Source: Candidatus Hydrogenedentota bacterium
GTDB lineage: Bacteria; Hydrogenedentota; Hydrogenedentia; Hydrogenedentales; SLHB01
Direction: 5' to 3'
DNA length: 64,000 nt
NCBI GenBank assembly: GCA_034408725.1
Contig: JAWXCN010000182.1
Coordinates: 32,235-96,234, forward strand
Of this stretch, positions 48,887 through 60,084 are shown one piece after another (the stretch's first letter is position 1; every line of letters begins with the position of its first letter). A model generated the notes under the pieces. The model was not told where the DNA came from and made no database searches. It saw only the letters and a program-made list of their open reading frames with translations. The translations under genes and the position numbers were made by a program.

Positions 48887-49998
48887 TTAGATTGACGCAA
48901 ATACAACGCATCGGCGCCCTCATCGTGTTTCTCGCCGCGCCAGTGCTCGCGGCTGGACAGGAATGGGTTTCTTCGCGCGGCGCATATCGCGACGCATTGG
49001 GCACGTCGCTTAATAACTACATGCTCGGTATCGAAAACGAAGGATTCTCGGGCGCGTTGTTGGTGGAACGCAATGGAGAGATCGTCATTGCAAGCGGATA
49101 CGGCTGGTCACACCGCGAATCGCAACGGATGTTTACGCGGGACACGGTGTTCGACATCGGGTCGATTACCAAGCAATTTACGGCCGCCGGCATTATGAAG
49201 CTTCAGGAAGCCGGAAAACTGGACGCGCAAGACGCGTTGGGCAAATTCTTGCCAAACGTTCCGCCGGATAAGAGATCGATAACACTGCATCACCTGCTCA
49301 CGCACAGTTCAGGAATGCGGGACATTTTTGGCGCCGACTATTCCGTTATCAGCCGGGACGACTTTTTGGCGCTCGCATTAGCATCTGAACTGAGATCGGA
49401 ACCGGGCACGCGATACCGGTATTCTAACGCCGGATATAGCGTCCTTGGCGCGGTGATCGAAATCGTGTCCGGTGAGCCGTACGAACAGTTCCTATTCAAA
49501 CAGCTCTTTGAACCTTCGGGCATGCTGGCGACCGGATACAAAATTCCTGCACGGGATCGAGAAAACATTGTGCATCTTTATGAAGACGGCAAGGACTGGG
49601 GCACGATGCTCGATCATGCGTGGTTGCCGGATGGCCCTGGCTGGCACCTACGCTGCAATGGCGGAATTCTGTCAACACTCGAAGACCTGCGGAAGTGGCA
49701 CCATGCTCTCTTGGACAATTCCGTACTGACCGGGGCTTCGGCTGAATTGATGTTTGGGAATCATGTGCGCGAAATGCCGGACCGGGAGGTCTACTACGGA
49801 TACGGCTGGTCAGTCCTGGACACGCCTCGGGGTACACGCCTCATTACCCACAATGGAGGGAACGGGCTTTTCACAACCGACTTTCGCCGCTACATGGACG
49901 AGAACACGCTAGTCCTTATGACATCAAGCGTGGCGGAACGGAATCTTGAAAAGTATGAAAAAAAGATGCTTGAAATCGTTTTCCCCCCGGCGAAGTGA
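48880..49998 (+). CDS. Class C beta-lactamase-family serine hydrolase (beta-lactamase / esterase / D-aminopeptidase-like).
   Basis: SxxK in FDIGSITKQF, YxN in RYSNAGYSVLG, and an N-terminal signal peptide. GTG start overlaps the upstream gene by 7 nt. Confidence 0.8.
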   Translation: MVVRLTQIQRIGALIVFLAAPVLAAGQEWVSSRGAYRDALGTSLNNYMLGIENEGFSGALLVERNGEIVIASGYGWSHRESQRMFTRDTVFDIGSITKQFTAAGIMKLQEAGKLDAQDALGKFLPNVPPDKRSITLHHLLTHSSGMRDIFGADYSVISRDDFLALALASELRSEPGTRYRYSNAGYSVLGAVIEIVSGEPYEQFLFKQLFEPSGMLATGYKIPARDRENIVHLYEDGKDWGTMLDHAWLPDGPGWHLRCNGGILSTLEDLRKWHHALLDNSVLTGASAELMFGNHVREMPDREVYYGYGWSVLDTPRGTRLITHNGGNGLFTTDFRRYMDENTLVLMTSSVAERNLEKYEKKMLEIVFPPAK

Positions 49999-50066
49999 CA
50001 CTCCTTGCAATACCCGCGCGTCCATGCGACCATAATGCTCCATCAACCTGTTGAGGAGGCTGGACC

Positions 50067-51119
50067 ATGGAACGCTTTTCGGACATGCTAAACCGCCGCA
50101 ATTTTCTCAAGACTGGAATAGGCGCCGCTGCGGTGACGGCGCTTACAAGCGAGATTGCGCAGGCAGCACCGGCTAAAAAAGCAATCACCTATTCGGGTGC
50201 GATCCCTGTCCGCAAATTTGGCAAGACCGGTTATTCATTCCCGATACTCGGCCACGGTGGTTCCGCGATGATGGAACGCGAGTACACGTATTACGGCCTC
50301 AACGATCCGCCGTCCCGCGAAGACCGCGTAAAGATGGTGCGCGACGCTTACGACAAGGGAATTCGCTACTACGATACCGCCCGCATCTACTTGGAAAGCG
50401 AAACCCTCATGGGCGAAGGGTTGAAGGACATTCGCGACAAGGTGTTCATCGCATCCAAGGTAATGGTGGACGATGCGGCGAAGGTGCGGCCGAGCGTCGA
50501 GAAGTCGTTGCAGGAATTGCAGACTGATCATATCGACCTCATGCAGATTCACGGCCCGATGATCGAGCAGCACGAAATTCCCGTGCTGATGAAACAGTAC
50601 GAAGAACTCGTCAAACTGCGCGACGAAGGGCTGATTCACCACATCGGCATCACAGGACACAATGCGTTTCACAAGATGTACGAACTAATCGCCACCGAAG
50701 GTTTTGATTCGGTCCTCATCGAATACGGCTATTTCCGCAAAGGCTACAACACGCGGCATAGCGAGGTGCAAGTCGAATGGCGCGAGAACTGCGTCGCCAA
50801 GGCGCACGAACTGGAGATGGGCATCATTGCCATGAAAGTGCTCGGCGCGTGGGTATTCAATCACAACGCGAAGAATGTCTTACCCGACTACGACGCGCAA
50901 GCGGTGAAACGTCTTCCGGCCGCGGCGATCCGGTGGGTCTTGAACGATCCCCGCATCAGCGTGCTGAATATCGGCGTGTCTTATCCCAGCGACATTGATG
51001 AGAACCTGAAAATTGTCACGGGCGAGACTGCGCTGACGATGGCGGACCGGCAATTGCTCGCCGACTTTTCCGCCAAAGCCTATCAGACCGAACGCGTGCA
51101 AGGGCTGGAAGTCGTCTAG
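50067..51119 (+). CDS. Aldo/keto reductase with a Tat signal peptide.
   Basis: Tat motif NRRNFLKTGIGAAAVTAL. AKR motifs YYDTARIY (catalytic Tyr), IASKV, and LMQIHGP. Confidence 0.8.
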   Translation: MERFSDMLNRRNFLKTGIGAAAVTALTSEIAQAAPAKKAITYSGAIPVRKFGKTGYSFPILGHGGSAMMEREYTYYGLNDPPSREDRVKMVRDAYDKGIRYYDTARIYLESETLMGEGLKDIRDKVFIASKVMVDDAAKVRPSVEKSLQELQTDHIDLMQIHGPMIEQHEIPVLMKQYEELVKLRDEGLIHHIGITGHNAFHKMYELIATEGFDSVLIEYGYFRKGYNTRHSEVQVEWRENCVAKAHELEMGIIAMKVLGAWVFNHNAKNVLPDYDAQAVKRLPAAAIRWVLNDPRISVLNIGVSYPSDIDENLKIVTGETALTMADRQLLADFSAKAYQTERVQGLEVV

Positions 51120-51125
51120 CTGCGC

Positions 51126-51641
51126 ATGACAGTCCGCGCGAAGCGACTGGCTGGCGGTGTAATCGGAATAATCGCGGCCTACCTCATTATCCTGCCGTTT
51201 TTCTGGCCGGATCCGAGGGTTAGCGCGGTCGTGCCGGCCCAGTCGGGGATGCGCGACGTGCTGAAGTTCGAGGTGGCGATCCATGCCTGGCATCGCAACG
51301 TGGATATTACGCGCGTGCGCTTTTACGCCGATTACACAACCACCACCGCGAAGGGTCCGAAAGGGATTTTCTATCCCGAACTTGTAATCGACCGCCCCGG
51401 GAAAAATTATTGGGGACCACTCAAACGAAATTTGCTGTCGTGGCCTTACACACAGCGTATGCCCGCCGAATTTGACCTTTCCCGTTTCGCGGACAAAGGG
51501 CTCCTGGGACCCGGTGAACTAATCGGAAAACTGGATATTTCGTTTAACTACGCGCCGGCCAGACCGGGGAAGTCCTTCAGGCGGGACCCGACACGGACCG
51601 CGACTCAGAGTGTTCCTTTTCGCATCGTGATTCACGAGTAG
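51126..51641 (+). CDS. Hypothetical N-terminally anchored membrane protein.
   Basis: TM segment LAGGVIGIIAAYLIILPFFW. No motif recognised. Confidence 0.45.
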   Translation: MTVRAKRLAGGVIGIIAAYLIILPFFWPDPRVSAVVPAQSGMRDVLKFEVAIHAWHRNVDITRVRFYADYTTTTAKGPKGIFYPELVIDRPGKNYWGPLKRNLLSWPYTQRMPAEFDLSRFADKGLLGPGELIGKLDISFNYAPARPGKSFRRDPTRTATQSVPFRIVIHE

Positions 51642-52816
51642 TGGCCTGCTTGATCGCGGCAAGTTCCGCGCCTATGCTTTCGGCCATGCGTTTTCATTTC
51701 CGTTTTATTTCAGCCATCATCTGTTTATCGACCGGCATCATCCATGCGGACGAGCCTTATGCACAACGATATACCGAGCCGGTCGAGAAGTCGCACGCTA
51801 ATCGTCAGACAGGTTTCACGCAGATTCACGGCTATATTCAGGAATTGCACGATCTCTCGCCCGCGGTTCGCGACGAATCCTTCAAACCTGACTATTCCAG
51901 CCTGCACGCTTACGCAATTTCCACAATTGCGTTGCGCGACCGCGTCCGGAAATCCATTGGATTCCCGCCGCCGCTCATCCGGCGCGCCGCACCCGCGCGC
52001 TGGGAACATGTCGCGGACGATCCCAGTGCGCAAATCTATCGGCTATGGATCGAAGTATTGGAAGGGGTGGACGCGTATGCCATTGTCAGTTTCCCAAGAG
52101 GTATCGAAAAACCTGCCCCGTTGATGATTTGCCAACACGGTGGCGGCGGCAATCCGGAACTGGTCCACGGCATGCTCGAAGGCGCCGGAACTGGCAATTA
52201 CGGTTGGATGACGCAACGCGCGCTTGCGGAAGGTTATGTTACGCTCGAACCCGCTCTCATTTTCCCTTTTGGCGGGAAGGAGGCCATTGAAGGACCTGAC
52301 CGCCGCACGATGGACGAACAACTTCAGAATCTTGGCACGTCAATCCTCGCGGTCGAGCTTTGGAAAATCTTTCGCCTGACAGACGCCGTGCTTCAGCGCC
52401 CGGAAGTGGATCGTGACAAAATTGGAATGATGGGCCTGTCCTACGGAGGCCTGTATACGCTGTACGCAGCGGCGTTGGATCCGCGGATTGATGCCGCGGT
52501 CAGTTCCTGCTTTTTCAATGAGCGGCGCAGGTATTCATGGCAGGACTGGTCATTCTTCAACTATATGAATACGTTTAACGACGCCGAAATTTGCGCGTTG
52601 ATAAGTCCGCGCCCCTTGTTAATCGAAGTCGGGGATGCAGACACACTGTTCGCAATCGAGGGAGCAAGGGCGGAAGCCGGGCGCGCACGGCGACATTGGG
52701 ACGGATTGGGAAAACCGGAAAACTTCGTGTTGGACGTTTTTCCGGGTGGACACGAGTTTAAGGGAAATATGGCGTATGCATTCATGCAAACGCATCTGAA
52801 GAAGGGAACCGAATGA
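51641..52816 (+). CDS. Alpha/beta-hydrolase-fold esterase (dienelactone hydrolase / acetyl-xylan-esterase-like), secreted.
   Basis: Nucleophile elbow IGMMGLSYGGLYTL (GxSxG). Signal peptide MACLIAASSAPMLSA. Confidence 0.65.
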   Translation: MACLIAASSAPMLSAMRFHFRFISAIICLSTGIIHADEPYAQRYTEPVEKSHANRQTGFTQIHGYIQELHDLSPAVRDESFKPDYSSLHAYAISTIALRDRVRKSIGFPPPLIRRAAPARWEHVADDPSAQIYRLWIEVLEGVDAYAIVSFPRGIEKPAPLMICQHGGGGNPELVHGMLEGAGTGNYGWMTQRALAEGYVTLEPALIFPFGGKEAIEGPDRRTMDEQLQNLGTSILAVELWKIFRLTDAVLQRPEVDRDKIGMMGLSYGGLYTLYAAALDPRIDAAVSSCFFNERRRYSWQDWSFFNYMNTFNDAEICALISPRPLLIEVGDADTLFAIEGARAEAGRARRHWDGLGKPENFVLDVFPGGHEFKGNMAYAFMQTHLKKGTE

Positions 52817-53817
52817 GCACACCGATTCGTTGGGGGATTCTTGGGACAGGCGCAATCGCCAAAAAATTTGTGTGCGGTCTACAATCTGTTCCAGATGCGG
52901 AACTCGCCGCAGTCGGATCGCGCAAACAGGAGACGGCGGACGCGTTCGCACATGAGTTTGGGTTTGCCCGCGCGCATGCTTCGTATGAGGCGCTCGCCGC
53001 CGATCCGGACGTGGATGTTATCTATGTATCGACTCCGCACCAGTTGCATCGCGAAAATACTTTGCTGTGCCTCGAGCATCGCAAAGCGGTCCTGTGCGAA
53101 AAACCGTTCTCTATCAACGCGGTGGAAGCAAGAAAAATGGTTCAGCGCGCTCGAGAGCAAAACGTATTTCTGATGGAAGCCATGTGGACGCGCTACATTC
53201 CCGCAATCGTCCAAACCATGAAATGGATTCAAGAAGGCAAGATCGGACAGCCCAGGATGGTCCTGGCGGACTTTGGGTTCCGCGCGGAAGTAAAACCCGA
53301 ATGGCGGCTGTTTAGTCCCGCGTACGGAGGTGGAAGTCTGCTTGACGTGGGGGTGTACCCGATATCATTTGCGTCGATGGTGTTTAGCGGTTCGCCTTCG
53401 ACGGTTACGGGCGCGGCCAACCTTGGCGAAACCGGCGTAGATGAACAGGCGGGGATAGTGCTGATGTATCCTGGCGGAAAGCTGGCGGTGTTGGCAAGCG
53501 GTATTCGCACCGACACGCCGCACGATGCGCATGTTCTCGGAGAGACCGGATCGATTCGTGTCCACGCGCCATTCTGGTGCGCAACAACAGCAACCTTAAC
53601 GCTGAAGGACGAGCAGCCGGTTGCATTCCAGCAGCCGCATCAAGCCAACGGGTACGAATATCAGGCCCTCGAAGTCATGCGCTGCCTGCGAGAAGGCAAG
53701 AAGGAAAGCGACGGAATGGCGCTTGCCGAAACCATCACCATCATGGAAACCATGGATCGGCTGCGCGCCCAGTGGGGACTGACCTACCCGATGGAAACCT
53801 CGACCCCGGTTTGTTGA
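52813..53817 (+). CDS. Gfo/Idh/MocA-family oxidoreductase, cytoplasmic (no Tat signal).
   Basis: IRWGILGTGAIAKKF...VIYVSTPHQLH...LCEKPFSIN. Confidence 0.8.
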   Translation: MSTPIRWGILGTGAIAKKFVCGLQSVPDAELAAVGSRKQETADAFAHEFGFARAHASYEALAADPDVDVIYVSTPHQLHRENTLLCLEHRKAVLCEKPFSINAVEARKMVQRAREQNVFLMEAMWTRYIPAIVQTMKWIQEGKIGQPRMVLADFGFRAEVKPEWRLFSPAYGGGSLLDVGVYPISFASMVFSGSPSTVTGAANLGETGVDEQAGIVLMYPGGKLAVLASGIRTDTPHDAHVLGETGSIRVHAPFWCATTATLTLKDEQPVAFQQPHQANGYEYQALEVMRCLREGKKESDGMALAETITIMETMDRLRAQWGLTYPMETSTPVC

Positions 53818-53910
53818 AACGGCAAACCTTTGCTATCATTCTGCCTGTAATTGACCAACTAACACGTCACAGGCGGTAACCACCCCGTCCTTCGCAAATG
53901 AGGTACTCCC

Positions 53911-56658
53911 TTGTTAGACACGCTATTAAAATCACTTTTTGGCACCAATAAAGAACGCCAGGTCAAGCGGTTAAGCCCATTGCTTCACGCCGTGCGCATG
54001 CACGAGCGAACGTGCAGGCTGATGAGCAACGATACCCTTCGGGCGCAGACATCAGTATTGAAGGAAAAGCTCGGGCAAGGCGCGACGCTCGACGATATTT
54101 TGCCCGAGGCGTATGCCGTGTGCTGCGAGGCGGCAAAGCGTGTCACGGGCATGCGACTGTTTGACGTTCAGATTTTCGGCGGCGTCGTACTTCACCAGGG
54201 TTGCATCGCGGAAATGGTAACCGGTGAAGGCAAGACGCTTGTCGCTACATTGCCGTGTTACCTGAACGCTCTCGATGGCAAAGGCGTCCACCTTGTCACG
54301 GTCAACGACTACCTCGCGCGGCGCGACCGCGAGTGGATGGGCCCGATCTACGAATATCTTGGCCTTACCGTTGGCTTGATTCAACATGACATGGACAATG
54401 CGGAACGCCAAGTAGGCTACCGTGCTGACGTCACCTACGGCACGAACAACGAGTTTGGTTTTGACTACCTCCGCGACAACATGGCGCGCCGTCCCGAATA
54501 TCGCGTGCAGCGACCGTTGAATTACGCCATCATCGACGAAATCGATTCGATCCTGATTGACGAGGCCCGGACACCCCTTATCATTTCAGGCCGCCCCGAA
54601 AAGAGCACCGACCTGTATTTTCGGGTCGATGAAGTCGTGAGGCAATTAAAAAAAGGCGACCACTACGAGGTGGACGAAAAGCACCGGCACGTCATCATTT
54701 CAGACGATGGCATGGCACTGATCGAACGGCTCATTGGGATAGAAGACCTATTCACGTCGGATTCACTCGGTATCATCCACATGATCGAGCAATCCATTCG
54801 CGCGCACAATTTGTACAAACGGGACGATGAATACGTGGTGCGCGACGGCGAAGTGTTGATCGTCGATGAATTCACCGGCCGCCTCATGGAAGGGCGGCGA
54901 TATTCGGATGGGTTACATCAGGCGATTGAGGCCAAAGAGCGCGTCTCGGTGCAGTTTGAAACCCAGACCATTGCGACAATTACATACCAGAACCTCTTCC
55001 GGTTATACAAAAAGATTAGTGGCATGACCGGAACGGCGATGACCGAGGCCATGGAATTCGCATCCATTTACAACCTCGACGTGGTCCAGATTCCTACCAA
55101 CCTGCCGCTCATCCGCGATGACATGACCGATCTCGTATTCGCGACGGAACTTGGCAAGTTCAAGGCGGTGACGCAGGAAATATCCTTTATTCACGATTCT
55201 GGACGTCCGGTCCTTGTGGGCACGGTATCGATTGAAAAATCCGAGTTGGTAGCCGATTTGCTGCGGCAACGGGGTATCACCGACTTTCAAGTCCTCAACG
55301 CCAAGCACCACGAACGCGAAGCGTCGATCATTTCCAACGCGGGCAAACAGGGCGCGATAACGATTGCGACGAACATGGCCGGTCGCGGTACCGACATTAA
55401 ACTCGGCGAGGGGGTCCGTGAACTTGGTGGCCTAGCCATTGTTGGTACGGAGCGCCACGAATCGCGGCGTATTGACAATCAGTTGCGCGGCCGTTGCGGC
55501 CGTCAGGGCGACCCCGGAACGACCCGCTTTTTCCTGAGTCTTGAAGACGAGGTCGCCCGCTTATTTGGGGGGGACCGCCTGAAGAAAATGTTGCAGTGGA
55601 TCGGCAGTCAGGAAGAAATGGATGACGAACCCCTGAGCCAACGGTCCGTGACGAAGGCAATCGAACGCGCGCAACGCAGCGTGGAAGAGTGGAACTTTGA
55701 AGCCCGAAAACATTTGAAGGAATACGATGACGTGATGAACTTGCAACGGCAGGTCATCTACGGCATGCGCCGCGAAGTCCTTGAAGACCGCGATGTCCGT
55801 GATCGCATCGTGAAAATGTTCGACAATAGCATCCGCGACATGATCGAGGAATATGCTCAACAGGATGAGCTGCCCGAAAATTGGGACCTGGACGGGTTGG
55901 CCGCGCGCTACAAGCAGATATACGGCTACGAGCCTGAACTCGATGTACCCGAGGACACTGAACCGCAACCCCTGGACATCGATCTGCTCAGCCAGGCGCG
56001 GCAACGCTATGCAACCAACGAAGAATCGATAGAGGAAGAGTATCGTCAAAGTTTCCGGGAGCAGATCGGCGGCGATGATTCCCGCGTCGATTTTAAGAAG
56101 CTCGCGCGAAAATACGTGCATGACATCGAGAAGATGGCGTTGCTCAGCGCGGTGGACGAGAAATGGATAGACCATCTGTATTCGATGGACTACCTTCGCG
56201 AATCTGTCAGGCTGCGCGCTTACGGCCAGAAGGACCCGCTTGTCGAATACAAGACCGAAGGCTACGAAATGTTTGACACCATGATGCGCGGAATCGAAGA
56301 GCGCGTCTTGCAGACCGTCTTCCGGCTCACCGATCCCGAAGTACGGAAAACGCGGCGAGTTGAAGCTCAGCGCGGCACACTCAACGCCAAAAACGATCCT
56401 TTTGCCACGATTTCAGACTACAACATGGTTGGCGCGGACAAGCAGCAGGACCGCAGCTTCGCGGCCTACGACACCAGCAAATTCAAGCTCGCGGGACAGG
56501 AAACTGCGGCCCAGGCACAAGCGCCCGCGCGGGAAGAAGGTCAAAAACGGCCGCGACAGGAACCTGTCCGCAAATTGACGCCCAGCGTTGGGCCAAACGA
56601 TCCCTGTCCCTGCGGCAGCGGAAAGAAATATAAGAAGTGTTGCGGCGGCGTCTCATAA
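53911..56658 (+). CDS. secA: Preprotein translocase ATPase SecA.
   Basis: [21 protein letters not shown], Walker [19 protein letters not shown]-like motor, C-terminal zinc site [14 protein letters not shown]. Confidence 0.95.
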   Translation: MLDTLLKSLFGTNKERQVKRLSPLLHAVRMHERTCRLMSNDTLRAQTSVLKEKLGQGATLDDILPEAYAVCCEAAKRVTGMRLFDVQIFGGVVLHQGCIAEMVTGEGKTLVATLPCYLNALDGKGVHLVTVNDYLARRDREWMGPIYEYLGLTVGLIQHDMDNAERQVGYRADVTYGTNNEFGFDYLRDNMARRPEYRVQRPLNYAIIDEIDSILIDEARTPLIISGRPEKSTDLYFRVDEVVRQLKKGDHYEVDEKHRHVIISDDGMALIERLIGIEDLFTSDSLGIIHMIEQSIRAHNLYKRDDEYVVRDGEVLIVDEFTGRLMEGRRYSDGLHQAIEAKERVSVQFETQTIATITYQNLFRLYKKISGMTGTAMTEAMEFASIYNLDVVQIPTNLPLIRDDMTDLVFATELGKFKAVTQEISFIHDSGRPVLVGTVSIEKSELVADLLRQRGITDFQVLNAKHHEREASIISNAGKQGAITIATNMAGRGTDIKLGEGVRELGGLAIVGTERHESRRIDNQLRGRCGRQGDPGTTRFFLSLEDEVARLFGGDRLKKMLQWIGSQEEMDDEPLSQRSVTKAIERAQRSVEEWNFEARKHLKEYDDVMNLQRQVIYGMRREVLEDRDVRDRIVKMFDNSIRDMIEEYAQQDELPENWDLDGLAARYKQIYGYEPELDVPEDTEPQPLDIDLLSQARQRYATNEESIEEEYRQSFREQIGGDDSRVDFKKLARKYVHDIEKMALLSAVDEKWIDHLYSMDYLRESVRLRAYGQKDPLVEYKTEGYEMFDTMMRGIEERVLQTVFRLTDPEVRKTRRVEAQRGTLNAKNDPFATISDYNMVGADKQQDRSFAAYDTSKFKLAGQETAAQAQAPAREEGQKRPRQEPVRKLTPSVGPNDPCPCGSGKKYKKCCGGVS

Positions 56659-58127
56659 TTGCAGCCGGAATCCTCATCCTGGGGTTCTGGTTGGTGATGA
56701 TGACGCTGTTGCTCCGCCGCGAAGTATTCACGCCTCACTGGCAAGCCCCGCGCTCCGATATGCCGGCGGCGCCTACCGACATCTGGCTCGGGCTTTTCGT
56801 TAACGATGCCGGGCAGACCCCCATCGGTTTTGTGAATGTCCATACCGAACCGACACAACGCGCGGATCAATCAGGCATGATCGCCAGTGTGATGGGACAA
56901 ATGCGCTTGAACCTCGGCAGTTTCAAAGGCGAGTTGCGCGTCAACGGCCATGCATGGGCAACGGAGCGCGATGGTTTCCGCGAATTCATGGTAACGATGC
57001 GCTCGGGTGAACATGAAACCACGGTGGACGGCACGGTGGAAGAAGGCAGGCTGTTGGGAACGATGACGACTGGAGGTGAACGCACGCCGTTCGATCTTCC
57101 TTTCACGGACAACCAAGTGTTGACAAATGCTCCAGGTTTGAATGCGCTTGGAATGCCCGATATCGAGGTCGGGGAAGAAATTGTCGTTGATGCCTTCGAC
57201 CCTCTCACCATGTCCTCCGGCAATGCCCGTATTCGCTGCATTCGCGAAGAAGTAATCACAATTATGGATGAAGCGATTGAGACGAAGGTCCTCGTCACCG
57301 AATTATCGGGTATCACTTCGACGGCTTGGGTAGATGAAAGCGGCAATGTCGTGCGCGCGGAAACCCCTATCGGTATCGTCTTTCAGCGCATGGACGAATT
57401 GGAAGCTCGAAGGTCAATGCTTGCGAGCAACGCCCAGGGAGACGGATTGCTGAAGTTGGCGGCGGTTGCCGCAATAGGTCAAGCGCCTTTTCGCGGCGCC
57501 ACCAGAATGGAAGTTGTGCTGTCCGGAATTGACGGGGCAATGGCAGTTCCCAGCGATGATGCACAGACCCTGCATGCGGATGGAAGACTCGTGATCACGC
57601 CCTTGGGGCCAGTCGAAATGGGCGCGCCCCTCGACGCGGATACGCGCGCGAAAGCATTGGCGAACGATATCTTCTTGCAGATTGATCATCCCCGAATCGT
57701 TCAGGCCGCAAATGAAATCGTTGCGGGCAAAGTGGACGACTGGGAGAAAAGCGTCCTTATTCACGAATGGGTCAGCAAGTCCGTGCGAAAGGGAATCGTG
57801 CCCAGCTTGCCCACCGCGCTGGATGTTTTGACCACGCTCGAGGGCGATTGCAATGAACACACCATGCTGTTTACGGCATTGGCGCGGGCCAGTGGAATCC
57901 CTACACGGATGGCGATCGGCATCGTATGGAGTGAGGAGTTCAACGCGTTTTACTATCATGCGTGGCCCGAGGTATACGCCGGGCGCTGGGTATGGATGGA
58001 CCCGACCCTTGATCAAGTCGTGGCGGATGCAACTCATATCAAGCTTATTAGCGGCGATCTCTCGGAGTGGTGGAAGGTGGCGCCGTTCATGGGGAAAATC
58101 GAAGTGCGAATCGTGGACATCGAATGA
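56637..58127 (+). CDS. Transglutaminase-like superfamily membrane-anchored protein. It overlaps the secA 3' end by 22 nt.
   Basis: Cys-His-Asp core [31 protein letters not shown]...YYHAWPEVY...WVWMDPT. N-terminal [22 protein letters not shown]. Confidence 0.75.
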   Translation: MLRRRLIIAAGILILGFWLVMMTLLLRREVFTPHWQAPRSDMPAAPTDIWLGLFVNDAGQTPIGFVNVHTEPTQRADQSGMIASVMGQMRLNLGSFKGELRVNGHAWATERDGFREFMVTMRSGEHETTVDGTVEEGRLLGTMTTGGERTPFDLPFTDNQVLTNAPGLNALGMPDIEVGEEIVVDAFDPLTMSSGNARIRCIREEVITIMDEAIETKVLVTELSGITSTAWVDESGNVVRAETPIGIVFQRMDELEARRSMLASNAQGDGLLKLAAVAAIGQAPFRGATRMEVVLSGIDGAMAVPSDDAQTLHADGRLVITPLGPVEMGAPLDADTRAKALANDIFLQIDHPRIVQAANEIVAGKVDDWEKSVLIHEWVSKSVRKGIVPSLPTALDVLTTLEGDCNEHTMLFTALARASGIPTRMAIGIVWSEEFNAFYYHAWPEVYAGRWVWMDPTLDQVVADATHIKLISGDLSEWWKVAPFMGKIEVRIVDIE

Positions 58128-58224
58128 AACCGCCCAAGTTTTCACAACCTTCTTCCGGTATTATATTCTTTGCGTGCGCTATGTCGCTTGAATCCATTGA
58201 CACGCAGCAGGGGCATTTGGTGCG

Positions 58225-60084
58225 ATGATGTACAGTCTCACGTCGCAAACCGGACCAAGCAAGGGACTCAGTTGGGGTATCGGACACGATAAACTCGTCA
58301 TTGGCCGCGCCCACAATTGCGACATCTTCGTCGGCGACTCGCTTGTATCGCGCCACCACTGCGAAGTCCTCTCCAACGGCGAAACCATTTTCCTGAACGA
58401 TTTGGGGAGTAGCAATTCCACGCTCGTGAACGGGCATCCCGCTTCGCAATGCACGTTGAGCCCTGGTGATGAAATTGCGGTGGGACGTTCGTTGTTCCTG
58501 GTCACCACGCATGAGCGGAAGGGAAACTTCTTCGCCGAAAATACACCTGCGGGAACCACCGTGAATCTTTCGGAAGACCAATCGCAGGTCTTGGGCGATG
58601 TGACTGCCGATTTGGTGGCGAAGGCATACCCGAACTCGGTAATCGAACTGGCTGCGCTTTTTGACGTCAGCCGGCGCTGCAGTCGCGCGTCCAACATTGT
58701 CGATGTAATGTCGGTGCTGTTTGAAGCAGTGGAAGGATATTTCCATCCCACGATGATTTGGGTGGCGATGTTGCAACCTTTGAGTGGCGAGTTGGTCTAC
58801 TATTCTCCGCAATCGATTCTGATCGGGGACCCGGTGACGCCGCCCAATGAAGTCAAGCGAAAGGCGAAAAAAGCTCTGCTTCGGCGCGAGGGCCTAAACA
58901 TTCCCATTATCAGCCGCGAAGGCGAAGTTGAACGCCTCGCAACCTTGCTCGCGGCGCCTATTGAACTCCAGGGCCATCAGGCGGGTTGCATCATGCTGCG
59001 GCTCGAGGCCGAACACCGTCTGCCAAGCGACAACGATCTCCGGTTCCTTATCGCGGTTGCGCAGACCAGCGCGCCGTACTTTCATTCGATGCGCCAAATG
59101 GAACGCTTGCGGCGCGACAACGAAACCCTGCGAGCGGTGACGCGTGTCTCGACGGTCATTGTCGGCGACAGCGCGCCGATCAAACAGTTGCGCGCGCTTA
59201 TCGAAAAAGCGGCAATGACGAATCTAAACGTCCTCGTCGCCGGTGAAACGGGCACGGGCAAAGAACTGGTGTCTCACATCCTTCACGAGCAATCCGCGCG
59301 CGCGGGCGGCCCGTTGGTCATTGTGAATTGCGCGGCGATTCCAGCGCACCTGTTTGAAAGTGAACTCTTCGGATATGAGAAGGGTGCATTCACGGGCGCG
59401 GCGCAACGGCGAATAGGGCTTATCGAGCAGGCCAGCGGCGGCACACTGTTTTTAGATGAAGTGGGGGATTTGAGCCTCGACAACCAGGCCAAGTTACTCC
59501 GCGTGATCGAATCGGGCCGTTTCTTTCGCGTGGGAGGAGTCCGGGAAACGGAGGTTGACATTCGCGTTCTCGCCGCAACGAACAAGGACATCCCGGCGCA
59601 GGTCCGGCGTGGCGCATTCCGCGAAGACCTGTATCATCGGCTGAACGGATTCCGGATTACAATTCCCCCGTTACGCGAGCGGCCCGCGGATATCGCCCAG
59701 CTTGCGCACCATTTTTTCAATCTGAGCCTTGGCCGTGCAAAGCGGCCTGTCACCGGCATATCGGATGCGGCGATGGATTTTCTCGTTGCGCACCATTGGC
59801 CAGGAAATGTGCGACAGCTCCGCAACACCATCGAACGCGCGATAGCGCTGGCGCGATCAGAATTGATACAGGTTTATGACCTGGAATCTTCTTCAGGCGG
59901 TAGCAGCGAATCGAGTTCCGAACCGCCATTACTTGCACTCGCCGACGTTGAAAAACGCCATATCGAGAAAACATTGGAACAATGCGAAGGCCGGGTGAAC
60001 GAGGCGGCGCGCATACTGGCTATCGGACGCAGCACACTCTACGCCAAAATTGCGGAGTACGGATTAAATATCGAACCGCACTGA
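58225..60084 (+). CDS. Sigma54-dependent enhancer-binding protein with an N-terminal FHA domain and central GAF-like region.
   Basis: FHA: LVIGRAHNCDIFVGDSLVSRHHCEVLSNGETIFLNDLGSSNSTLVNG. AAA+: GETGTGKELVSHILHE, canonical ESELFGYEKGAFTGA, GTLFLDEVGDL. C-terminal HTH ILAIGRSTLYAKI. Confidence 0.85.
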   Translation: MMYSLTSQTGPSKGLSWGIGHDKLVIGRAHNCDIFVGDSLVSRHHCEVLSNGETIFLNDLGSSNSTLVNGHPASQCTLSPGDEIAVGRSLFLVTTHERKGNFFAENTPAGTTVNLSEDQSQVLGDVTADLVAKAYPNSVIELAALFDVSRRCSRASNIVDVMSVLFEAVEGYFHPTMIWVAMLQPLSGELVYYSPQSILIGDPVTPPNEVKRKAKKALLRREGLNIPIISREGEVERLATLLAAPIELQGHQAGCIMLRLEAEHRLPSDNDLRFLIAVAQTSAPYFHSMRQMERLRRDNETLRAVTRVSTVIVGDSAPIKQLRALIEKAAMTNLNVLVAGETGTGKELVSHILHEQSARAGGPLVIVNCAAIPAHLFESELFGYEKGAFTGAAQRRIGLIEQASGGTLFLDEVGDLSLDNQAKLLRVIESGRFFRVGGVRETEVDIRVLAATNKDIPAQVRRGAFREDLYHRLNGFRITIPPLRERPADIAQLAHHFFNLSLGRAKRPVTGISDAAMDFLVAHHWPGNVRQLRNTIERAIALARSELIQVYDLESSSGGSSESSSEPPLLALADVEKRHIEKTLEQCEGRVNEAARILAIGRSTLYAKIAEYGLNIEPH

